A stretch of DNA of 64,000 nt from a candidate division WOR-3 bacterium (GTDB lineage Bacteria; Hydrothermota; Hydrothermia; UBA1063; CAJXJZ01): the NCBI GenBank assembly GCA_026986775.1, contig JALSNX010000009.1, positions 54,450 through 118,449 of the forward strand, read 5' to 3'. The position numbers were made by a program, and so were the translations under genes. The notes beneath the pieces are model-generated. The model did not search any database and had not been told where the DNA came from. It saw only the letters and a list, made by a program, of their open reading frames with translations. Shown here in pieces: positions 29,306 to 39,823 of this stretch; the stretch's first letter is position 1, and the number at the start of each line of letters is the position of its first letter.

Positions 29306-30081
29306 AAAATACCTCCTTTTTTAAGAAAAAAGATCACGAGGAAGGTGGAGATACCAGCATAAATTCCAGCAACCACATCATCAAGCATTATACCTGTACC
29401 ACCCTTTATCTTTTCCACCTTCCTTATTCCGAAGGGTTTTATTATATCATAAAGTCTGAAAAACACAAAAGCAAGCGACAGGTTAAAAACATTTATGCGA
29501 GGTAAAAAGAGAAAGGCCGTAAGAACACCGGTAACCTCATCTATAACAACCTCTTTTGGGTCATTAACTTTAACGTGTCCGGCTAAAAGTGACGAAGCTG
29601 CGATCCCTGAAAAAATAACCAACACTAACCCCTCTAATAGGAACAAAACAGTGGGTCTTGCCCAATAAACAAAAAGGGTTGTTATAAGTGCAGCAAAAGT
29701 TCCCGGACCAAAACGCACATAACCGACAAAGCCAAAGGTTGCTATAAACTTCTCTAAAAGATCCCTTTTCTGAGAAATAACAAAAGCCGATGACATACCT
29801 ACAATATCAGAGAGGAAATCCACAAGACTGCAACTTCTCCATGGAATAAGATACTGCATGCCCTCTGTAAAAACTGCCACAATTAGAGTAAAAAGTATTG
29901 AAGTAAAATCACGAAATCCAAAACCACGATGGAGCACGAAATATAAAAGGAAAAAGCCAATAACATGTGCAATAACATCTACATGTGATATAGAGCTTCT
30001 TACGTTACTCTGGGGTATCAACAAAAAAAGGGAAAAGAAAACAATATATATTGCAGATGAAATGGAAATCTCTTTTTTCAA
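29302..30081 (-). CDS. pgpA: Fusion protein: N-terminal VanZ-like domain plus phosphatidylglycerophosphatase A (PgpA)
   Basis: N-terminal about 100 aa carry the VanZ-like E..Q..IPWR..S..D...N motif. The C-terminus carries PgpA motifs (DPKEVVIDEVTG; FRLYDIIKPFGI; GGTGIMLDDVVAG). Confidence 0.7.
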   Translation of the reverse strand: MKKEISISSAIYIVFFSLFLLIPQSNVRSSISHVDVIAHVIGFFLLYFVLHRGFGFRDFTSILFTLIVAVFTEGMQYLIPWRSCSLVDFLSDIVGMSSAFVISQKRDLLEKFIATFGFVGYVRFGPGTFAALITTLFVYWARPTVLFLLEGLVLVIFSGIAASSLLAGHVKVNDPKEVVIDEVTGVLTAFLFLPRINVFNLSLAFVFFRLYDIIKPFGIRKVEKIKGGTGIMLDDVVAGIYAGISTFLVIFFLKKGGIL

Positions 30082-31619
30082 AATTCAATACTCCTCATAT
30101 ACCAGTCCTCCCTGTCTAAAGACCTGTAACTGATAGCCTCCTGAATGTGGTGCGGCTTTATATCCTGTTCCCCTTCAAGATCCGCAATTGTGCGAGCCAC
30201 CTTAAGTATTCTTGAATATGCTCTCGCAGAAAGACCCAATTTCTCCATTGCCATTTTCAGTATATTCTCTGATGTACTATCAAGTTGACAGAACTCTTTA
30301 AGTTCCCTCTGTCCCATGTGGGCATTAAAATGTATTTTTCTACCCCTGAATCTATCTGCCTGAACCATTCTGGCATTCTCCACACGTTCTCTTATAACAG
30401 CAGAAGATTCACCATCCTGTTTATGCCTTAATTCTTCAAATTTAACTGCTGGAACTTCAATATGTATGTCAATTCTATCAAGTAAAGGCCCTGAAATCTT
30501 TGCGTGGTAACGCCTTATTTCTGATGGAGTGCATGTGCATTTATGATAGGGGTCTGTCAGATAGCCACACGGACACGGATTCATTGCAGCAACCAGCATA
30601 AATCTTGCAGGGAATGTAATAGATTGTTTGGCCCTTGAAATAGTCACCACTCCATCTTCCATAGGCTGGCGGAGAACCTCTATTACCTTCTGAGAAAATT
30701 CAGGAAGTTCATCAAGGAAAAGGACGCCATTATGGGCAAGTGAAACCTCACCGGGACGTGGATATGAGCCACCTCCAATTAAACCCGCATGTGAAACCGT
30801 GTGATGGGGGGAACGAAATGGTCTTGTCGCAACAATACCACTTTTTTTCAGAAGGCCTGCAACAGAGTGTATCTTGGTTGTCTCAATGGCTTCCTCTATG
30901 CTCATACGTGGCAATATGGTTGGGAGTCTCCTCGCCAGCATGGTTTTACCGGAGCCTGGAGGGCCAATCATCAAAATATTATGTCCTCCTGCTGCTGCAA
31001 TCTCAAGAGCCCTCTTTACGCTTTCCTGACCTTTTACATCAGAAAAATCCACATTGTAAGAGGCATGTTCTCTGAAATACCCCTCTCTGTCCACATTAAC
31101 GGGCTTAAGTTCAAGTTCACCTTTAAAAAACAAAACCGCATCGGAGAGGCTCAAAGGTGTAAAAATCTCTACACCCTCAACAAGCGCTGCCTCCTCGGCA
31201 TTATCCGGAGGAACGATAAACTTTTTTACACCCCTTTTATATGCATCTGAGACAATGGAAAGAGTTCCCTTGGCCTTCTTAATCTTACCATCAAGAGACA
31301 GTTCGCCTATCACCAAAAACTCATCCGGAACCCTTACATAATCCAGTGCCTTTAGAATCCCGAGTGCAATGGGAAGGTCAAATAAACTCCCCTCCTTCCT
31401 CACATCAGCAGGTGCAAGGTTAACAGTAAATTTTTTAGGAGGTATCTTAAATCCACTGTTTTTCAAAGCGGATAAAACACGTTCTTTTGATTCCTTTACA
31501 GCACCTTCAGGAAGTCCCACTATTACAAATCCCGGTATCTTGGAGGTTACATCAGTTTCCACCTCCACAATATATCCCTCAACCCCTAAAGTAGAGCCAG
31601 AGAGAATTCTTGAAAACAC
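30078..31619 (-). CDS. comM: YifB/ComM-family Mg-chelatase-like AAA+ ATPase
   Basis: N-terminal Lon-protease-like domain. Walker A GPPGSGKTMLA. C-terminal helix-turn-helix. 513 aa. Confidence 0.9.
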   Translation of the reverse strand: MFSRILSGSTLGVEGYIVEVETDVTSKIPGFVIVGLPEGAVKESKERVLSALKNSGFKIPPKKFTVNLAPADVRKEGSLFDLPIALGILKALDYVRVPDEFLVIGELSLDGKIKKAKGTLSIVSDAYKRGVKKFIVPPDNAEEAALVEGVEIFTPLSLSDAVLFFKGELELKPVNVDREGYFREHASYNVDFSDVKGQESVKRALEIAAAGGHNILMIGPPGSGKTMLARRLPTILPRMSIEEAIETTKIHSVAGLLKKSGIVATRPFRSPHHTVSHAGLIGGGSYPRPGEVSLAHNGVLFLDELPEFSQKVIEVLRQPMEDGVVTISRAKQSITFPARFMLVAAMNPCPCGYLTDPYHKCTCTPSEIRRYHAKISGPLLDRIDIHIEVPAVKFEELRHKQDGESSAVIRERVENARMVQADRFRGRKIHFNAHMGQRELKEFCQLDSTSENILKMAMEKLGLSARAYSRILKVARTIADLEGEQDIKPHHIQEAISYRSLDREDWYMRSIEF

Positions 31620-32381
31620 TTACGCCTTCTTGTTTTCCTTTGCCATGTTTTCAAAAATCCTGAAGAACTCAACAGGCACAGGGAACACTATGGTGGAAGC
31701 ATTTTCAGTGGAAATCTCTGTAAGGGTCTGCAGGTATCTTAACTGTATGGTTATAGGGTTTTCTGCAAGTACCGCTGCTGCCTCTGCAAGTTTCTTTGAT
31801 GCCTGATATTCACCTTCTGCGTTTATTATCTTTGCCCTTCTTTCTCTTTCCGCTTCTGCCTGTCTTGCCATTGCCCTCTGCATATCCTGCGGCAGGTCAA
31901 CGTGTTTTATCTCTACAGCGCTGACCTTGATTCCCCATGGGTCTGTCTGCTCATCAATAATCTGTTGCAACTTATGGTTGAGTTTTTCCCTTGCAGATAA
32001 GAGTTCATCAAGTTCAGCCTCACCGAGAATACTCCTTAACGTCGTCTGAGCGATCTGTTCGGTTGCATAGAGGTAATTCTCCACCTCAATTATGGCCTTG
32101 TCAGGGTATACAACCCTGAAATATACCACAGCATTAACCTTTACAGAAACATTATCCTTTGTGATAATATCCTGAGGAGGCACATCCAGAACAACAGTCC
32201 TGAGTGATACCTTTACCATCTTATCTATAAAAGGCACAAGCAGAATAAGTCCGGGTCCCTTCACTCCAACATATCTTCCGAGCCTGAATATCACTCCACG
32301 CTCATACTCCCTCAATATTCTTATCATTGAGGCAAGTATGATTATTGCTATTACAATTATCCAGGAAATTCCTGCAAACAT
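31620..32381 (-). CDS. SPFH/band-7 (stomatin-like) membrane protein
   Basis: N-terminal transmembrane helix, then SPFH core motifs ([21 protein letters not shown]; a charged Ala/Glu-rich coiled-coil tail). Confidence 0.85.
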   Translation of the reverse strand: MFAGISWIIVIAIIILASMIRILREYERGVIFRLGRYVGVKGPGLILLVPFIDKMVKVSLRTVVLDVPPQDIITKDNVSVKVNAVVYFRVVYPDKAIIEVENYLYATEQIAQTTLRSILGEAELDELLSAREKLNHKLQQIIDEQTDPWGIKVSAVEIKHVDLPQDMQRAMARQAEAERERRAKIINAEGEYQASKKLAEAAAVLAENPITIQLRYLQTLTEISTENASTIVFPVPVEFFRIFENMAKENKKA

Positions 32382-32383
32382 AA

Positions 32384-34306
32384 CTACCCCTCCTTTAAGG
32401 CAAGTAAAATGCCATTCTTAACCTTCTCAGGCGAAAGTCCCATGTAGTCAAACACATCTTCTGCCTTTCCAGAGACAGCATAATCTTCAAGCCCAAATCT
32501 GAGCAATCTTTTGAAAACTCCCTGTTCAAGCATTTTCTGAGACAATGTTGCCGCAAGACCCGTTTCTTTGTTATGGTCTTCATAGGTTACAACAATATCA
32601 AATTCTGAAAGATAATCAAGTAATTCATCCGTAATATAAGCGGGTGAAGCAATATTTACAACAGAAGCAGTGTATCCCTCTTTTTCAAGCAGTTCATGAA
32701 CAACTATTCCTCTGTGAGCAGTAGAGCCATAAACAACAATTACAATTCCCTCACCGTTTCTCAGCACATCAAACCTTCCGTATTCATACACATAGTCTTT
32801 GCCAAAGAATTCCTTTCCATCCTCATCTATGATAACAGGTAGTTTTGACCTTCCAACACCAATAGCGTAGTTTCCGTATTGAGAGAGGGCATATCTCACC
32901 ACACGGTCAGTTTGATTGGGGTCTGCTGGAATTATAATTCTAAAACCATAAAGGTTTTTCAGCGTTCCTATATAATCTACACAGTGATGCGTCTTTCCAT
33001 CCTCTCCAACGTCTATTCCAAGATGAGTGACAAACAGTTTCAGATTGGTTTTATTTATATCATTAAGCCTTTGCTGGTTATAGGTTTCGTCTATACCAAA
33101 TACACCAAAATCACCCCATACAGATACAAGTCCAAGAGTTGATGCTGCACCTGCCACAGTAGCTGTATTGTGTTCAGAGACGCCCGTTTCAAAGAACCTT
33201 TTAGGAAAATCTTTTGCAAAGTAATTCAGTTTTACAGAGCCCATAAGGTCACAGTCAAAAGCAATAATTGGTGTGTTGTTTTCTCCCTTTGATTTTACAG
33301 CCACATCGTGTAATGCCCTGCCAAGAGCCGTTCTGTTGTCAAGTTTTTCATCCTTTGTGTAAAGAATAGGGTCTTCTATATTCAGTTTTATATCAAACTT
33401 CAACTTTCTGTTAAAAACAGGAAATTTTCTGGTCTCACGGATTTTCTTATACTTTTCAAGGTCATTTTCAAGACCAAGTTCTGAAAGTGCCTTTTCAAGT
33501 TGCTCCTCGGTGAGTGGTTTTCCATGATATACCTCATTGCCCTCCATAAAGGACACCCCCTTACCCATAACCGTATGGGCAAGAACCATGCAGGGTGCCT
33601 CCTCATGTCTCTGGCACTCAACAATAGCCTCATAAATCTCTCTTACATTGTGACCATCAACCTCAATCACCTTCCATCCATCAGACTCATAATTTTCACG
33701 AATATTAACAGGCATTATTTCAAAAGTCTTACCTGAAATCTGTCTTCTGTTGTAGTCAATAAGCACCGTAATGTTACTGAGATTGAATTTCTTTGCAAAT
33801 CTCCTCGCTTCTGCCACCTGACCCTTGGCCTGCTCTGCATCTCCCATGATAACAAAAACATGGTTGTTATACCCTTTAACCCTGCTTGCAAGGGCAAAAC
33901 CACATCCTGCAGAAAGGCCCTGCCCTAAATTTCCTGTTGTCCATTCAATACCCGGCACATCCCTTTCAATATGCCCCTCAAATGGTGAGCCCGCCTGCCT
34001 GAAATAGGCTATTGCGTCATCTATATCAAAAAATCCGAGTCTTCCAAGTGTGGCATAAACTCCCGCTGAAGTATGTCCGTGAGACACAACAATATAATCC
34101 CTTCCCTCCATATCAGGGTCTTCTGGATTTATGTTGGCATAACTCATGGTAACGAGAAAGAGTTCAAGAGAACTCATGGGACCGCCCGGATGTCCGGACT
34201 TTGCAAGCGTTGTCATTTTAAGAATATCGCCCCTTATAACCTTTGCAAGTTCCTCAAGTCTTCTCACCTCATCCCCTGAAAGCGTTGTTGCTCTGAAGCC
34301 TCTCAT
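32384..34306 (-). CDS. tkt: Transketolase
   Basis: 640 aa. N-terminal TPP-binding region with SGHPGGPMS and the GDG TPP motif region, plus a C-terminal transketolase domain. Confidence 0.9.
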   Translation of the reverse strand: MRGFRATTLSGDEVRRLEELAKVIRGDILKMTTLAKSGHPGGPMSSLELFLVTMSYANINPEDPDMEGRDYIVVSHGHTSAGVYATLGRLGFFDIDDAIAYFRQAGSPFEGHIERDVPGIEWTTGNLGQGLSAGCGFALASRVKGYNNHVFVIMGDAEQAKGQVAEARRFAKKFNLSNITVLIDYNRRQISGKTFEIMPVNIRENYESDGWKVIEVDGHNVREIYEAIVECQRHEEAPCMVLAHTVMGKGVSFMEGNEVYHGKPLTEEQLEKALSELGLENDLEKYKKIRETRKFPVFNRKLKFDIKLNIEDPILYTKDEKLDNRTALGRALHDVAVKSKGENNTPIIAFDCDLMGSVKLNYFAKDFPKRFFETGVSEHNTATVAGAASTLGLVSVWGDFGVFGIDETYNQQRLNDINKTNLKLFVTHLGIDVGEDGKTHHCVDYIGTLKNLYGFRIIIPADPNQTDRVVRYALSQYGNYAIGVGRSKLPVIIDEDGKEFFGKDYVYEYGRFDVLRNGEGIVIVVYGSTAHRGIVVHELLEKEGYTASVVNIASPAYITDELLDYLSEFDIVVTYEDHNKETGLAATLSQKMLEQGVFKRLLRFGLEDYAVSGKAEDVFDYMGLSPEKVKNGILLALKEG

Positions 34307-34420
34307 AAAAACCTCCTTTTTTCCATATTGTTCACAGATTAAATTCTATGCCAGAATGAAGGGAAATAAAAGATATGGTTGAGTTGTAAAGTTCTGGAAT
34401 CTCCTATATAATAATCTATA

Positions 34421-34843
34421 ATGAGCCGATTTTTCAGACTTGCGCTTGTATTATTTAACTGCTTTATTCATGTATATGCCAGTGATACTGACAAACTTTT
34501 TAAATCAGCGAGAGAAGGCAACTTTTCGCAGGTCAAATATCTCTTATCCTTTAAGCATGTTGATTTAAACGCAAGAGATTTATACCGTGATACTCCTTTA
34601 CATTATGCAGCAATGAATGGACATCTAAAAATAGTGAAATACTTTGTAAATGAAGGTGCCGATATTAACACAAAAAGCGTTTTTGGCAGAACACCACTTT
34701 CCTATGCCGCAGGAAACGGGTATTCAAAAACAGTCCGGTTCCTGGTCAAAAAAGGCGCAATAATAGACAGTTTAAGCATAAAAATAGCCAAACTGCATGG
34801 ATATAATGCAATAGTGGATTATTTAAGTGAACATTTAAATTAA
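34421..34843 (+). CDS. Secreted ankyrin-repeat protein (3-4 ANK repeats)
   Basis: N-terminal signal peptide. Repeats of the form TPLHYAAMNGHLKIVKYFVNEGADIN. Confidence 0.8.
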   Translation: MSRFFRLALVLFNCFIHVYASDTDKLFKSAREGNFSQVKYLLSFKHVDLNARDLYRDTPLHYAAMNGHLKIVKYFVNEGADINTKSVFGRTPLSYAAGNGYSKTVRFLVKKGAIIDSLSIKIAKLHGYNAIVDYLSEHLN

Positions 34844-36843
34844 TTTTTATCCAGTAAAATCACTTTGAAATCATCAAAAAACACATAACTGTCTGCCTTT
34901 GACCATAGGCCTATTTTGCCGGAAATGGGGGTCCTATTGGTATAATCTATGTATTTTTTTCCGTTTAAATAGCCCTTTATTCTTCTTCCATTTATAACTA
35001 CCTTTAAAGTGTGCCATGTGCGGGAAGGGGTTTTAACCCCTCTTATCCACTGAACCACACTTCTTTTACCATGTCGCATTCTGAACAAAACAAGATTGTT
35101 TTCAAGGGGATTTGCCCTTATTACGAGATAATCTCCATTGGGCTTTATGTTAAAGGCTATTCCTGCTGCCCTGTCTATTCTGCCACTTATTGCCTTGAAT
35201 TTTACAACCAATGTGCCTGCGTAAAAATTATCCACATCCTTACATATTGTGAGGGGAAAATACTTATATGCTTCAAGATTGTCAAGAAACTCGGCATACC
35301 GTTCCCCATAGAGTTTTTTTGCCTTGCTCACAATGCCCTCTGATAGAAGTCCCTGCTCCCACTTTCTTCCATCAACTGCATAAACTTTATTCTTTCCGTC
35401 AATATCTATATGCCACCTGCCAACAAATGCGGAAAAATGTGTTGCCTGGGCATTGGGCGTGTCATTTTCAAATGTGTAAAGTCTTACATCCTGAGCGTAA
35501 ACCCCTGAAACAAACAGTATCACTGTAATAAAAATCTTACGCATGGACACCTCCTTTTTTTTAATTTTCAAGAAAATTATTATTAAAGGCACTATAATTA
35601 AATAGAAAATCATAATCCCCCTGCTCCACCCTTTCTTAACGACGAGGGGATAACCCGTGTAAAAAGAACCTTCTTTTTCTTCTAAAAGATTACGGCCGGA
35701 AAGGTCAGCAAGAACCCTGAAAATTTCTTCTTCACTGTTTGAATACGTCTTCTCGGATTTTCCATTCATTGAATATATAAAAAATCCATACTCTTTTTCA
35801 AGTTCCTTGGGAGAGGCATACTCTATTTTAACATCTCTTTTAACAAGTAAAAGCCTTTTTAAAAAATCGTTTTCAAAATCTCTGGCCCTGCTGTCTGCGG
35901 GATCAAGGTATATTTTAATTTTAAACCCGGGTAATGACTTTAAAAACTCAGTCTTTTCAGGTGAAAAGGAGTTTCTGTGGCTTTCAGTAAGGTCAAGATT
36001 GTAGTTTACCTTCCCTGCAAGGAAGAATAAAAGAATAAGGCCGAGTATTCCGTAAAACAGTTTTACCTTTCTTCTGCGTCCATCAAAGTCAAAAAACACA
36101 TGTCCCGCATACAGAAAAAACAGAGAAAGTCCAATAAAGAACAGAAATGCACCAAGAGAACATATCCCCGATTCAAAAACCTTGAGATTCTTCGTAACTG
36201 ACCATTTTGTAATGGGGTTTAGAAAAGACAGTATATTCATATCCTTTCCAAAGTCTATAAACCATGACATGGTGATCAAAAACAGTGCAAGTATTGAGGC
36301 TTGTGCGGTTTCCTCCAGTATTGATGCGGAAAACAGGGAAACACTTATCACAAAAAGGCCATAAAGGGTGTATCCAATAAAAAGCAGGGAAAGTTCACTT
36401 GTAGGAAGATGTCCACCCATCATAACCCAGTAAATAATGGCAGGAAGCACCATTAAAAGGGAAACTAAAAGAAAAACGACGGAAGATATTATTTTTGCAA
36501 TATAAACCGTGTAGAAGGGGACAGGATACTGAGCAATCAGAGGTATTGTGCCAAACTTTTTCTCACTGCTTATTGTCTGAATGAAGATAAATGGTGCAAA
36601 AAGGGAAAGCATTATAAAAAGCCCTCCAAATGTTGGGACAAAAATGCCGGGCACAGGCTCAAAGCCCGTGGCATAAAGGGGATTATTCACTGCGGCAAGG
36701 CTTGCCTTTGAATAAAGGTCCACAGCAGAATAAAAACTGTAGAGAATTATGATGGAAAGGAGCATAATGAATAAAATTGTTGACCTTTTAGAAAAAATAT
36801 CTTGCAGTTCTTTCTTAAAGAGCGCCATTACTCTACCCCTCAT
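34840..36843 (-). CDS. ABC-2-type transporter permease fused to a C-terminal extracytoplasmic concanavalin-A/LamG-like (DUF1080-like) domain
   Basis: N-terminal 6-TM ABC-2 permease directly downstream of an ABC ATPase gene. A further transmembrane helix is followed by about 200 aa with beta-sandwich lectin-like features (GKIGLWSKADSYVFFDDFKV). Confidence 0.7.
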   Translation of the reverse strand: MRGRVMALFKKELQDIFSKRSTILFIMLLSIIILYSFYSAVDLYSKASLAAVNNPLYATGFEPVPGIFVPTFGGLFIMLSLFAPFIFIQTISSEKKFGTIPLIAQYPVPFYTVYIAKIISSVVFLLVSLLMVLPAIIYWVMMGGHLPTSELSLLFIGYTLYGLFVISVSLFSASILEETAQASILALFLITMSWFIDFGKDMNILSFLNPITKWSVTKNLKVFESGICSLGAFLFFIGLSLFFLYAGHVFFDFDGRRRKVKLFYGILGLILLFFLAGKVNYNLDLTESHRNSFSPEKTEFLKSLPGFKIKIYLDPADSRARDFENDFLKRLLLVKRDVKIEYASPKELEKEYGFFIYSMNGKSEKTYSNSEEEIFRVLADLSGRNLLEEKEGSFYTGYPLVVKKGWSRGIMIFYLIIVPLIIIFLKIKKKEVSMRKIFITVILFVSGVYAQDVRLYTFENDTPNAQATHFSAFVGRWHIDIDGKNKVYAVDGRKWEQGLLSEGIVSKAKKLYGERYAEFLDNLEAYKYFPLTICKDVDNFYAGTLVVKFKAISGRIDRAAGIAFNIKPNGDYLVIRANPLENNLVLFRMRHGKRSVVQWIRGVKTPSRTWHTLKVVINGRRIKGYLNGKKYIDYTNRTPISGKIGLWSKADSYVFFDDFKVILLDKN

Positions 36844-37537
36844 TACTCACAGCCTCTATAAATATCTCCTCAAGGTCGGCTTTGTCATCCTGATATTTTT
36901 CAGTAAGCTGGGTGAGTGTTCCTGACGCAATTACCCTTCCTTTTGAAAGCAAAAGAAAATAGTCGCATATTTTCTCAGCATAGGAAAGTTGATGCACTGA
37001 AAGCAAAAAAGATCTACCTCTTTTGTTAAGTTCTTTTAAAACCTCTCCTATTTCTCTCATTTTCAGAGGGTCAAATCCCTCAAAGGGTTCATCAAGAATA
37101 ACAAAAGGCCTTTTAAGTGATAGTGCAAGATAGAGTTTCAATCTCTGATGCCACCCTTTTGAAAGGTTTTTAATCTTCTTTGAGACAATCTCAGGAAGTC
37201 CCAATTGTTCAAACACATAATCATCACGCTCTCCCGTAATCTCAAAGTACAGTTTAAGAAACTCCTTTACTCTGTAATTCGGATACAGGGTCATTTTCTC
37301 AGGCATGTAGGATAAAAGAGACTTTGCCATGTGAAAACTCTTAATCTTTTCACCGAATAAAAACACCTCTCCGCTATCCGGATACTCAAATCCAGTTATT
37401 ATCCGTATTAAGGTGGATTTTCCAGCGCCATTGGGGCCAATAACACAGGATATGCACTTTTGAGGTATGATTGTGGAAATGTCATCAAGAACCTTCACAT
37501 CACTATAGGACTTTGACACATTACGTATCTCTATCAT
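36833..37537 (-). CDS. ABC transporter ATP-binding protein
   Basis: Walker A GPNGAGKST, signature LSKGWHQRL, and Walker B ILDEP. Confidence 0.9.
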   Translation of the reverse strand: MIEIRNVSKSYSDVKVLDDISTIIPQKCISCVIGPNGAGKSTLIRIITGFEYPDSGEVFLFGEKIKSFHMAKSLLSYMPEKMTLYPNYRVKEFLKLYFEITGERDDYVFEQLGLPEIVSKKIKNLSKGWHQRLKLYLALSLKRPFVILDEPFEGFDPLKMREIGEVLKELNKRGRSFLLSVHQLSYAEKICDYFLLLSKGRVIASGTLTQLTEKYQDDKADLEEIFIEAVSNEG

Positions 37538-37616
37538 ACAATATTAGTATAATGACACCCATCCGCTCATTAAATTACCTTTACCCTGTTCATACTGAAA
37601 AACTTATAATTAAACC

Positions 37617-38030
37617 GTGCAATTTGTAAAACCCATTCCTGAAAAATGTACAGGATGCAGGCTGTGTGAGATAGCGTGTGTGAATTATCACAGAGAAAAT
37701 CTCTTTGACTTTCAGCCTGCGATAAGGGTTTTCCGTGACGAAAGCGGGCTTTCCTTTATGCCCTTTGTGTGCAGTCAGTGCCCTGAGGAGTTCTGTGTGG
37801 GCGTATGCCCCACAAATTCACTTAAAAGAGACGAAAAAAGTGGTGTCGTTAAATGGAAAAAGGACACCTGCATTTTCTGTAAGCAGTGCGTTATGGCCTG
37901 TGAATATGAGAGTATCCATTTTTCACCAGATGGCAAAGAAATTATAAAGTGTGATACCTGTGATGGTGAGTTTTCATGTGTTAAAACATGTCCCTATGAT
38001 GCTCTCAAAATAGCGGAGATGGTAATATGA
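37617..38030 (+). CDS. aorA: Poly-ferredoxin-like electron-transfer subunit with four [4Fe-4S] motifs (AorA-like)
   Basis: Four Cys clusters (CTGCRLCEIAC; CSQCPEEFCVGVCP; CIFCKQCVMACE; CDTCDGEFSCVKTCP). Confidence 0.8.
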   Translation: MQFVKPIPEKCTGCRLCEIACVNYHRENLFDFQPAIRVFRDESGLSFMPFVCSQCPEEFCVGVCPTNSLKRDEKSGVVKWKKDTCIFCKQCVMACEYESIHFSPDGKEIIKCDTCDGEFSCVKTCPYDALKIAEMVI

Positions 38031-39823
38031 TAAAGCATCTACTTCTGTCAATTGACCTTACCACTAAAAAAATTGAGAAAAAGGAAATACCACTTGAACA
38101 CATACGAAAGTTTATAGGCGGAAGAGGGCTGGCGGCATACTATCTTTTGAAGAACTTAAAGCCGGATGCCGACCCCTTTGGAGAAGAGAACATTATCTAC
38201 ATAATGGCTGGTTCTTTAAGCGGTTATATGGTGCCTTTGTCAGGCCGCTCCCAGATAGTCACAAAAAGCCCCCTTACAGGTGCAATAACTTCTTCCAATG
38301 TCGGTGGTAATTTTGCCTTTGAACTTAAGATGGCAGGTTATCACGGCATAGAGATTAAGGGAAAACTTGAAAAACCGGGTTTTATTTTAGTTTACGACGA
38401 TGTTGTTAAAATAATTGAGGACGAGTATGCTTTTATGCTTTCCTCCCATGATGCTGACCTTTATTTGAGAAAAAAGACCATAGAAAGCGCAAGCACAATG
38501 ACCATAGGACCAGCAGGGGCACTAAAATCCCGCATAGCAGCCTTAATGGTTGATGGCCACAGGGCAGCAGGAAGGGGTGGGGTTGGTGGAGTGCTGGGCA
38601 GCAAGAATTTAAAGGGCATTGTGGTAAAGGGCACAGGACTTTTAAATGCAAATGATTATGGGAAGTTCCATGAAAAGACAAAGGATATTCTTGAAAGGTT
38701 TAAAAAATCTCCATCTAAAAAAGCCTTTTCAACTTATGGCACCACAGGAGTGCTTGCCATAATAAACGGCATAGGCTCCCTGCCATATAAAAACTTCCAC
38801 GATGGCTTCTGCCCCCATGGGGATAAAATAAACCATGAAACATACAATAAAACCATACTTCTCAGAAACGGGGCATGTGCTTCATGTCCGCTTGGTTGCG
38901 GAAGAATTACCCGTGCAGAGGGTAAAAAAGGTCACGGCCCAGAATATGAAATCGTCTGGGCATTCGGTTCATCCTGTAGTATAGAGGATATTGAAAAGGT
39001 GGCTATTTTAAACTACCTTGCCAATGAATACGGTTACGACGGAATATCGCTTGGTGGAACTATTGCCGCATTAATGGACCTATTTGAGGCTCAGATTATC
39101 AAGAAAAGCGATATTGGGTTTTCAATACCCTTCGGTGATGCCGATGCTGCCATAAAAGCCGTTGAACTAATGAAAACAGCTCAGGGCATAGGAAAACTCT
39201 TAAACGAAGGGTCATACAGGCTTGCAGAATATTTCGGCCACCCCGAATTTTCTATGAGCGTAAAAAAGCAGGAACTTCCGGCATACGATCCTCGCGGAAT
39301 AAAAGGCATGGGTCTTGCTTACGCAACGAATACGAGGGGTGGAGACCACACAAAAGCATTTACGGTAACAGTTGAGGTGTATAAAGCAAAAGACCCCAAT
39401 TACAGGTTCACCTATGAAGGAAAACACGAGATAGTTAAATACCTTCAGGACTATCAGTCCATTGTGGATTCAACAGGCACATGCAGTTTTGGAAGAAGCA
39501 CCTACACAATTGACATCTACAGGGACCTTTTGAATCTTCTTTATGGATTTGATTACACAGACAATGAACTTTTGAAGGCTGGTGAGAGGATATGGAACAT
39601 AGAGAAACTCTTTAATCTAAGGGAAGGGCTTTCAAAGGAAGATGATACCATCCCTGAAAGGCTCTTTAAAGAACCCATTAAAAACGGCCCATCAAAAGGT
39701 GAGGTGTATGATAAAAATGAATTTTTGCGGCTTCTTTCAGAGTATTACAGACTAAGAGGCTGGGATGAAGAAGGCATTCCTACTTTTGAAAAATTAAGGG
39801 AACTGGAACTTGACGATGAGTAA
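38027..39823 (+). CDS. aorB: Tungsten-containing aldehyde:ferredoxin oxidoreductase (AOR family) catalytic subunit
   Basis: 598 aa. AOR N-terminal domain (IGGRGLAAYYL) and AOR-family domain 2/3 features. Overlaps aorA by 4 bp. Confidence 0.85.
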   Translation: MIKHLLLSIDLTTKKIEKKEIPLEHIRKFIGGRGLAAYYLLKNLKPDADPFGEENIIYIMAGSLSGYMVPLSGRSQIVTKSPLTGAITSSNVGGNFAFELKMAGYHGIEIKGKLEKPGFILVYDDVVKIIEDEYAFMLSSHDADLYLRKKTIESASTMTIGPAGALKSRIAALMVDGHRAAGRGGVGGVLGSKNLKGIVVKGTGLLNANDYGKFHEKTKDILERFKKSPSKKAFSTYGTTGVLAIINGIGSLPYKNFHDGFCPHGDKINHETYNKTILLRNGACASCPLGCGRITRAEGKKGHGPEYEIVWAFGSSCSIEDIEKVAILNYLANEYGYDGISLGGTIAALMDLFEAQIIKKSDIGFSIPFGDADAAIKAVELMKTAQGIGKLLNEGSYRLAEYFGHPEFSMSVKKQELPAYDPRGIKGMGLAYATNTRGGDHTKAFTVTVEVYKAKDPNYRFTYEGKHEIVKYLQDYQSIVDSTGTCSFGRSTYTIDIYRDLLNLLYGFDYTDNELLKAGERIWNIEKLFNLREGLSKEDDTIPERLFKEPIKNGPSKGEVYDKNEFLRLLSEYYRLRGWDEEGIPTFEKLRELELDDE

